Below are positions 54,408 to 64,000 of a stretch of 64,000 bases of DNA, in pieces. Made by a program: the position numbers and the translations under genes. The stretch comes from Auanema rhodensis (taxonomy: Eukaryota; Animalia; Nematoda), in the NCBI GenBank assembly GCA_964057225.1, contig OZ059897.1, forward strand, positions 1,860,001 through 1,924,000, given 5' to 3'. The notes beneath the pieces were generated by a model that saw only the letters and a program-made list of their open reading frames with translations, did not search any database and had not been told where the DNA came from. The stretch's first letter is position 1, and each line of letters begins with the position of its first letter.

Positions 54408-57400
54408 TCCCATGTACACTCAACATTGCTTCCAAAAACATTGTGACAAAAATTTTCCCGAAAAATTTCTAAATAATTTCACAAAAAGTAGGAGTTTTTA
54501 GATTTCTTTTCTCAAGGCAAAGACGATGGACAATGTTATTCAACGAAAAAATTAATTCTTCAGGGTGAAAATCGAGGATATAATTGTGAACCTATATCAG
54601 TTGATTACTCGGTGCATTTTTAAGCTAGCGCAAATCTGATAACACAGATCAACGCAGCTTAAAAATCCGCATCGAATGCACTATACTACATTGAGAAACG
54701 CTCCATACAAAAATTAGTTATGATCGTTTGAAAAATAATGCATTAGTGTATGTTGAGTTCCCATGTACACTCAACATTGCTTCCAAAAACATTTTGACAA
54801 AAATTTTCCCGAAAAATTTCTGAATAATTTCACAAAAAGTAGATGTTTTTAGATTCTTTTTTTCAAGACGAATACGATGGACAATGTTTTTCAACGAAAA
54901 AATCATTTCTTCAGGGTGAAAATCGAGGATATAAGTGTGAACATATATCAGTTGATATCTCGGTGCATTTTTAAGCTAACTCAAATCTGATAACACAGAT
55001 CGACGCAGCTTAAAAATCCGCATCGAATGCACTATACTACATTGAGAAACGCTCTATACAAAAATTAGTTATGATCGTTTGAAAAATAATGCATTAGTGT
55101 ATGCTGAGTTCCCATGTACACTCAACATTGCTTCCAAAAACATTGTGACAAAAATTTTCCCGAAAAATTTCTAAATAATTTCACAAAAAGTAGATGTTTT
55201 TAGATTCCTTTTTTCAAGACGAATACGATGGACAATGTTTTTCAACAAAAAAATCATTTCTTCAGGGTGAAAATCGAGGATATAAGTGTGAACATATATC
55301 AGTTGATATCTCGGTGCATTTTTAAGCTAACTCAAATCTGATAACACAGATCGACGCAGCTTAAAAATCCGCATCGAATGCACTATACTACATTGAGAAA
55401 CGCTCTATACAAAAATTAGTTATGATCGTTTGAAAAATAATGCATTAGTGTATGCTGAGTTCCCATGTACACTCAACATTGCTTCCAAAAACATTGTGAC
55501 AAAAATTTTCCCGAAAAATTTCTAAATAATTTCACAAAAAGTAGGAGTTTTTAGATTTCTTTTCTCAAGGCAAAGACGATGGACAATGTTATTCAACGAA
55601 AAAATTAATTCTTCAGGGTGAAAATCGAGGATATAATTGTGAACCTATATCAGTTGATTACTCGGTGCATTTTTAAGCTAGCGCAAATCTGATAACACAG
55701 ATCAACGCAGCTTAAAAATCCGCATCGAATGCACTATACTACATTGAGAAACGCTCCATACAAAAATTAGTTATGATCGTTTGAAAAATAATGCATTAGT
55801 GTATGTTGAGTTCCCATGTACACTCAACATTGCTTCCAAAAACATTTTGACAAAAATTTTCCCGAAAAATTTCTGAATAATTTCACAAAAAGTAGATGTT
55901 TTTAGATTCTTTTTTTCAAGACGAATACGATGGACAATGTTTTTCAACGAAAAAATCATTTCTTCAGGGTGAAAATCGAGGATATAAGTGTGAACATATA
56001 TCAGTTGATATCTCGGTGCATTTTTAAGCTAACTCAAATCTGATAACACAGATCGACGCAGCTTAAAAATCCGCATCGAATGCACTATACTACATTGAGA
56101 AACGCTTTATACAAAAATTAGTTATGATCGTATGAAAAATAATGCATTAGTGTATGTTGAGTTCCCATGTACACTCAACATTGCTTCCAAAAACATTTTG
56201 ACAAAAATTTTCCCGAAAAATTTCTGAATAATTTCACAAAAAGTAGATGTTTTTAGATTCCTTTTTTCAAGACAAATACGATGGACAATGTTTTTCAACG
56301 AAAAAATCATTTCTTCAGGGTGAAAATCGAGGATATAAGTGTGAACATATATCAGTTGATATCTCGGTGCATTTTTAAGCTAACTCAAATCTGATAACAC
56401 AGATCGACGCAGCTTAAAAATCCGCATCGAATGCACTATACTACATTGAGAAACGCTCTATACAAAAATTAGTTATGATCGTTTGAAAAATAATGCATTA
56501 GTGTATGCTGAGTTCCCATGTACACTCAACATTGCTTCCAAAAACATTGTGACAAAAATTTTCCCGAAAAATTTCTAAATAATTTCACAAAAAGTAGGAG
56601 TTTTTAGATTTCTTTTCTCAAGGCAAAGACGATGGACAATGTTATTCAACGAAAAAATTAATTCTTCAGGGTGAAAATCGAGGATATAATTGTGAACCTA
56701 TATCAGTTGATTACTCGGTGCATTTTTAAGCTAGCGCAAATCTGATAACACAGATCAACGCAGCTTAAAAATCCGCATCGAATGCACTATACTACATTGA
56801 GAAACGCTCCATACAAAAATTAGTTATGATCGTTTGAAAAATAATGCATTAGTGTATGTTGAGTTCCCATGTACACTCAACATTGCTTCCAAAAACATTT
56901 TGACAAAAATTTTCCCGAAAAATTTCTGAATAATTTCACAAAAAGTAGATGTTTTTAGATTCTTTTTTTCAAGACGAATACGATGGACAATGTTTTTCAA
57001 CGAAAAAATCATTTCTTCAGGGTGAAAATCGAGGATATAAGTGTGAACATATATCAGTTGATATCTCGGTGCATTTTTAAGCTAACTCAAATCTGATAAC
57101 ACAGATCGACGCAGCTTAAAAATCCGCATCGAATGCACTATACTACATTGAGAAACGCTCTATACAAAAATTAGTTATGATCGTTTGAAAAATAATGCAT
57201 TAGTGTATGCTGAGTTCCCATGTACACTCAACATTGCTTCCAAAAACATTGTGACAAAAATTTTCCCGAAGAATTTCTAAATAATTTCACAAAAAGTAGA
57301 TGTTTTTAGATTCCTTTTTTCAAGACGAATACGATGGACAATGTTTTTCAACAAAAAAATCATTTCTTCAGGGTGAAAATCGAGGATATAAGTGTGAACA

Positions 57401-59321
57401 TATATCAGTTGATATCTCGGTGCATTTTTAAGCTAACTCAAATCTGATAACACAGATCGACGCAGCTTAAAAATCCGCATCGAATGCACTATACTACATT
57501 GAGAAACGCTCTATACAAAAATTAGTTATGATCGTTTGAAAAATAATGCATTAGTGTATGCTGAGTTCCCATGTACACTCAACATTGCTTCCAAAAACAT
57601 TGTGACAAAAATTTTCCCGAAAAATTTCTAAATAATTTCACAAAAAGTAGGAGTTTTTAGATTTCTTTTCTCAAGGCAAAGACGATGGACAATGTTATTC
57701 AACGAAAAAATTAATTCTTCAGGGTGAAAATCGAGGATATAATTGTGAACCTATATCAGTTGATTACTCGGTGCATTTTTAAGCTAGCGCAAATCTGATA
57801 ACACAGATCAACGCAGCTTAAAAATCCGCATCGAATGCACTATACTACATTGAGAAACGCTCCATACAAAAATTAGTTATGATCGTTTGAAAAATAATGC
57901 ATTAGTGTATGTTGAGTTCCCATGTACACTCAACATTGCTTCCAAAAACATTTTGACAAAAATTTTCCCGAAAAATTTCTGAATAATTTCACAAAAAGTA
58001 GATGTTTTTAGATTCTTTTTTTCAAGACGAATACGATGGACAATGTTTTTCAACGAAAAAATCATTTCTTCAGGGTGAAAATCGAGGATATAAGTGTGAA
58101 CATATATCAGTTGATATCTCGGTGCATTTTTAAGCTAACTCAAATCTGATAACACAGATCGACGCAGCTTAAAAATCCGCATCGAATGCACTATACTACA
58201 TTGAGAAACGCTCTATACAAAAATTAGTTATGATCGTTTGAAAAATAATGCATTAGTGTATGCTGAGTTCCCATGTACACTCAACATTGCTTCCAAAAAC
58301 ATTGTGACAAAAATTTTCCCGAAAAATTTCTAAATAATTTCACAAAAAGTAGATGTTTTTAGATTCCTTTTTTCAAGACGAATACGATGGACAATGTTTT
58401 TCAACAAAAAAATCATTTCTTCAGGGTGAAAATCGAGGATATAAGTGTGAACATATATCAGTTGATATCTCGGTGCATTTTTAAGCTAACTCAAATCTGA
58501 TAACACAGATCGACGCAGCTTAAAAATCCGCATCGAATGCACTATACTACATTGAGAAACGCTCTATACAAAAATTAGTTATGATCGTTTGAAAAATAAT
58601 GCATTAGTGTATGCTGAGTTCCCATGTACACTCAACATTGCTTCCAAAAACATTGTGACAAAAATTTTCCCGAAAAATTTCTAAATAATTTCACAAAAAG
58701 TAGGAGTTTTTAGATTTCTTTTCTCAAGGCAAAGACGATGGACAATGTTATTCAACGAAAAAATTAATTCTTCAGGGTGAAAATCGAGGATATAAGTGTG
58801 AACCTATATCAGTTGATTACTCGGTGCATTTTTAAGCTAGCGCAAATCTGATAACACAGATCAACGCAGCTTAAAAATCCGCATCGAATGCACTATACTA
58901 CATTGAGAAACGCTCCATACAAAAATTAGTTATGATCGTTTGAAAAATAATGCATTAGTGTATGTTGAGTTCCCATGCACACTCAACATTGCTTCCAAAA
59001 ACATTTTGACAAAAATTTTCCCGAAAAATTTCTGAATAATTTCACAAAAAGTAGATGTTTTTAGATTCTTTTTTTCAAGACGAATACGATGGACAATGTT
59101 TTTCAACGAAAAAATCATTTCTTCAGGGTGAAAATCGAGGATATAAGTGTGAACATATATCAGTTGATATCTCGGTGCATTTTTAAGCTAACTCAAATCT
59201 GATAACACAGATCGACGCAGCTTAAAAATCCGCATCGAATGCACTATACTACATTGAGAAACGCTCTATACAAAAATTAGTTATGATCGTTTGAAAAATA
59301 ATGCATTAGTGTATGCTGAGT
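54408..59321. repeat. Local 3-monomer higher-order repeat (1053 bp), ~4.7 copies
   Basis: The TTTTCTCAAGG marker occurs at 54511, 55564, 56617, 57670 and 58723. ORFs start at 54718, 55771, 56824, 57877 and 58930. All are spaced by 1053. Confidence 0.9.
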
Positions 59322-62300
59322 TCCCATGTACACTCAACATTGCTTCCAAAAACATTGTGACAAAAATTTTCCCGAAAAATTTCTAAATAATTTCACAAAA
59401 AGTAGATGTTTTTAGATTTCTTTTTTCAAGGCAAAAACAATGGACAATGTTATTCAACGAAAAAATTAATTCTTCAGGGTGAAAATCGAGGATATAAGTG
59501 TGAACCTATATCAGTTGATTACTCGGTGCATTTTTAAGCTAGCGCAAATCTGATAACACAGATCAACGCAGCTTAAAAATCCGCATCGAATGCACTATAC
59601 TACATTGAGAAACGCTCCATACAAAAATTAGTTATGATCGTTTGAAAAATAATGCATTAGTGTATGTTGAGTTCCCATGTACACTCAACATTGCTTCCAA
59701 AAACATTTTGACAAAAATTTTCCCGAAAAATTTCTAAATAATTTCACAAAAAGTAGATGTTTTTAGATTCCTTTTTTCAAGGCAAAGACGATGGACAATG
59801 TTATTCAACGAAAAAATTAATTCTTCAGGGTGAAAATCGAGGATATAAGTGTGAACCTATATCAGTTGATTACTCGGTGCATTTTTAAGCTAGCGCAAAT
59901 CTGATAACACAGATCAACGCAGCTTAAAAATCCGCATCGAATGCACTATACTACATTGAGAAACGCTCCATACAAAAATTAGTTATGATCGTTTGAAAAA
60001 TAATGCATTAGTGTATGTTGAGTTCCCATGTACACTCAACATTGCTTCCAAAAACATTTTGACAAAAATTTTCCCGAAAAATTTCTAAATAATTTCACAA
60101 AAAGTAGATGTTTTTAGATTCCTTTTTTCAAGACGAATACGATGGACAATGTTTTTCGACGAAAAAATCATTTCTTCAGGGTGAAAATCGAAGATATAAG
60201 TGTGAACATATATCAGTTGATATCTCGGTGCATTTTTAAGCTAACTCAAATCTGATAACACAGATCGACGCAGCTTAAAAATCCGCATCGAATGCACTAT
60301 ACTACATTGAGAAACGCTCTATACAAAAATTAGTTATGATCGTTTGAAAAATAATGCATTAGTGTATGCTGAGTTCCCATGTACACTCAACATTGCTTCC
60401 AAAAACATTGTGACAAAAATTTTCCCGAAAAATTTCTAAATAATTTCACAAAAAGTAGATGTTTTTAGATTCCTTTTTTCAAGGCAAAGACGATGGACAA
60501 TGTTATTCAACGAAAAAATTAATTCTTCAGGGTGAAAATCGAGGATATAAGTGTGAACCTATATCAGTTGATATCTCGGTGCATTTTCAAGCTAGCGCAA
60601 ATCTGATAACACAGATCGACGCAGCTTAAAAATCCGCATCGAATGCACTATACTACATTGATAAACGCTTAATACAAAAATTAGTTATGATCGTTTGAAA
60701 AATAATGCATTAGTGTATGTTGAGTTCCCATGTACACTCAACATTGCTTCCAAAAACATTTTGACAAAAATTTTCCCGAAAAATTTCTAAATAATTTCAC
60801 AAAAAGTAGATGTTTTTAGATTCCTTTTTTCAAGACGAATACGATGGACAATGTTTTTCAACGAAAAAATCATTTCTCCAGGGTGAAAATCGAGGATATA
60901 AGTGTGAACATATATCAGTTGATATCTCGGTGCATTTTTAAGCTAACTCAAATCTGATAACACAGATCGACGCAGCTTAAAAATCCGCATCGAATGCACT
61001 ATACTACATTGAGAAACGCTCTATACAAAAATTAGTTATGATCGTTTGAAAAATAATGCATTAGTGTATGCTGAGTTCCCATGTACACTCAACATTGCTT
61101 CCAAAAACATTGTGACAAAAATTTTCCCGAAAAATTTCTAAATAATTTCACAAAAAGTAGGAGTTTTTAGATTTCTTTTTTCAAGGCAAATACGATGGAC
61201 AATGTTATTCAACGAAAAAATTAATTCTTCAGGGTGAAAATCGAGGATATAAGTGTGAACCTATATCAGTTGATTACTCGGTGCATTTTTAAGCTAGCGC
61301 AAATCTGATAACACAGATCGACGCAGCTTAAAAATCCGCATCGAATGCACTATACTACATTGAGAAACGCTCTATACAAAAATTAGTTATGATCGTTTGA
61401 AAAATAATGCATTAGTGTATGTTGAGTTCCCATGTACACTCAACATTGCTTCCAAAAACATTGTGACAAAAATTTTCCCGAAAAATTTCTAAATAATTTC
61501 ACAAAAAGTAGGAGTTTTTAGATTTCTTTTTTCAAGGCAAATACGATGGACAATGTTATTCAACGAAAAAATTAATTCTTCAGGGTGAAAATCGAGGATA
61601 TAAGTGTGAACCTATATCAGTTGATTACTCGGTGCATTTTTAAGCTAGCGCAAATCTGATAACACAGATCGACGCAGCTTAAAAATCCGCATCGAATGCA
61701 CTATACTACATTGAGAAACGCTCTATACAAAAATTAGTTATGATCGTTTGAAAAATAATGCATTAGTGTATGTTGAGTTCCCATGTACACTCAACATTGC
61801 TTCCAAAAACATTTTGACAAAAATTTTCCCGAAAAATTTCTAAATAATTTCACAAAAAGTAGATGTTTTTAGATTCCTTTTTTCAAGACGAATACGATGG
61901 ACAATGTTTTTTAACGAAAAAATCATTTCTTCAGGGTGAAAATCGAGGATATAAGTGTGAACATATATCAGTTGATATCTCGGTGCATTTTTAAGCTAAC
62001 TCAAATCTGATAACACAGATCGACGCAGCTTAAAAATCCGCATCGAATGCACTATACTACATTGAGAAACGCTCTATACAAAAATTAGTTATGATCGTTT
62101 GAAAAATAATGCATTAGTGTATGCTGAGTTCCCATGTACACTCAACATTGCTTCCAAAAACATTTTGACAAAAATTTTCCCGAAAAATTTCTAAATAATT
62201 TCACAAAAAGTAGATGTTTTTAGATTCCTTTTTTCAAGACGAATACGATGGACAATGTTTTTCGACGAAAAATTCATTTCTTCAGGGTGAAAATCGAGGA

Positions 62301-64000
62301 TATAAGTGTGAACCTATATCAGTTGATTACTCGGTGCATTTTTAAGCTAGCGCAAATCTGATAACACAGATCGACGCAGCTTAAAAATCCGCATCGAATG
62401 CACTATACTACATTGAGAAACGCTCTATACAAAAATTAGTTATGATCGTTTGAAAAATAATGCATTAGTGTATGTTGAGTTCCCATGTACACTCAACATT
62501 GCTTCCAAAAACATTTTGACAAAAATTTTCCCGAAAAATTTCTAAATAATTTCACAAAAAGTAGATGTTTTTAGATTCCTTTTTTCAAGACGAATACGAT
62601 GGACAATGTTTTTTAACGAAAAAATCATTTCTTCAGGGTGAAAATCGAGGATATAAGTGTGAAAATATATCAGTTGATATCTCGGTGCATTTTTAAGCTA
62701 ACTCAAATCTGATAACACAGATCGACGCAGCTTAAAAATCCGCATCGAATGCACTATACTACATTGAGAAACGCTCTATACAAAAATTAGTTATGATCGT
62801 TTGAAAAATAATGCATTAGTGTATGCTGAGTTCCCATGTACACTCAACATTGCTTCCAAAAACATTTTGACAAAAATTTTCCCGAAAAATTTCTAAATAA
62901 TTTCACAAAAAGTAGATGTTTTTAGATTCCTTTTTTCAAGACGAATACGATGGACAATGTTTTTCAACAAAAAAATCATTTCTTCAGGGTGAAAATCGAG
63001 GATATAAGTGTGAACATATATCAGTTGATATCTCGGTGCATTTTTAAGCTAACTCAAATCTGATAACACAGATCGACGCAGCTTAAAAATCCGCATCGAA
63101 TGCACTATACTACATTGAGAAACGCTCTATACAAAAATTAGTTATGATCGTTTGAAAAATAATGCATTAGTGTATGCTGAGTTCCCATGTACACTCAACA
63201 TTGCTACCAAAAACATTTTGACAAAAATTTTCCCGAAAAATTTCTAAATAATTTCACAAAAAGTAGATGTTTTTAGATTCCTTTTTTCAAGACGAATACG
63301 ATGGACAATGTTTTTCAACAAAAAAATCATTTCTTCAGGGTGAAAATCGAGGATATAAGTGTGAACATATATCAGTTGATATCTCGGTGCATTTTTAAGT
63401 TAACTCAAATCTGATAACACAGATCAACGCAGCTTAAAAATCCGCCTCGAATGCACTATACTACATTGAGAAACGCTTTATACAAAAATTAGTTATGATC
63501 GTATGAAAAATAATGCATTAGTGTATGTTGAGTTCCCATGTACACTCAACATTGCTTCCAAAAACATTTTGACAAAAATTTTCCCGAAAAATTTCTGAAT
63601 AATTTCACAAAAAGTAGATGTTTTTAGATTCTTTTTTTCAAGACGAATACGATGGACAATGTTTTTCAACGAAAAAATCATTTCTTCAGGGTGAAAATCG
63701 AGGATATAAGTGTGAACATATATCAGTTGATATCTCGGTGCATTTTTAAGTTAACTCAAATCTGATAACACAGATCAACGCAGCTTAAAAATCCGCCTCG
63801 AATGCACTATACTACATTGAGAAACGCTTTATACAAAAATTAGTTATGATCGTATGAAAAATAATGCATTAGTGTATGTTGAGTTCCCATGTACACTCAA
63901 CATTGCTTCCAAAAACATTTTGACAAAAATTTTCCCGAAAAATTTCTGAATAATTTCACAAAAAGTAGATGTTTTTAGATTCTTTTTTTCAAGACGAATA

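Larger units (their letters stand above)
1..64000. repeat. Tandem satellite DNA array, 351-bp monomer, ~182 head-to-tail copies, extends beyond both window ends
   Basis: The anchor TCCCATGTAC recurs at 1, 352, 704, 1055, 7022, 14042, 21062, 28082, 35102, 42122, 49142, 56163 and 63183. This gives a period of 351 with only two +1 shifts. Consensus: tcccatgtacactcaacattgcttccaaaaacattttgacaaaaattttcccgaaaaatttctaaataatttcacaaaaagtagatgtttttagattccttttttcaagacgaatacgatggacaatgtttttcaacgaaaaaatcatttcttcagggtgaaaatcgaggatataagtgtgaacatatatcagttgatatctcggtgcatttttaagctaactcaaatctgataacacagatcgacgcagcttaaaaatccgcatcgaatgcactatactacattgagaaacgctctatacaaaaattagttatgatcgtttgaaaaataatgcattagtgtatgttgagt. 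Confidence 0.99.

Noticed and set aside
15054-63681. Twenty 62-75 aa minus-strand ORFs (MIFSLKNIVHRIRLEKK...)
   Set aside because: They are the same satellite segment, open only where monomer position 64 A>G turns TAG into CAG. There is no recognisable domain, the F/K/I richness reflects A/T tracts, and the 75-aa form arises from the 53147 indel. They are useful only as markers of the CTGAA-carrying monomers.
1-64000. 351 = 117 codons; the ORF's minus-strand frame has only TAA/TAG stops, so it would be open in a ciliate-type code (giant repeat protein)
   Set aside because: Lacking TGA in one of six 117-codon frames is likely by chance (roughly 10% per frame at this composition). Many variants change amino acids, two +1 indels break the frame, and nothing indicates an alternative code.
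1-64000. CRISPR array
   Set aside because: There are no unique spacers, the full 351 bp is repeated, and there are no cas genes.

Overview
The whole 64,000-bp window is one uninterrupted head-to-tail satellite DNA array. It holds about 182 copies of a 351-bp AT-rich monomer (about 32% GC by hand count of the consensus), all in the same orientation. I found no genes, RNA genes, transposon insertions or inversions. Phase tracking shows only two net +1 indels, at about 680 and about 53147. The 20 listed ORFs are one satellite-derived reading frame, opened by a single A>G change that turns a minus-strand TAG into CAG. The informative structure is internal. There are two linked monomer subtypes (A and B) plus recombinants. 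Nested tandem duplications of 1, 3, 4, 6, 9, 12 and 15/16 monomers can be traced with rare SNPs, and a local 3-mer higher-order repeat runs from 54.4 to 59.3 kb. One monomer series recurs about 47 kb away. Each monomer also carries several dyads, including a ~67-nt foldback. The sequence is most consistent with eukaryotic (peri)centromeric or heterochromatic satellite. I cannot assign the organism or family, and I see no support for a novel protein-coding system.
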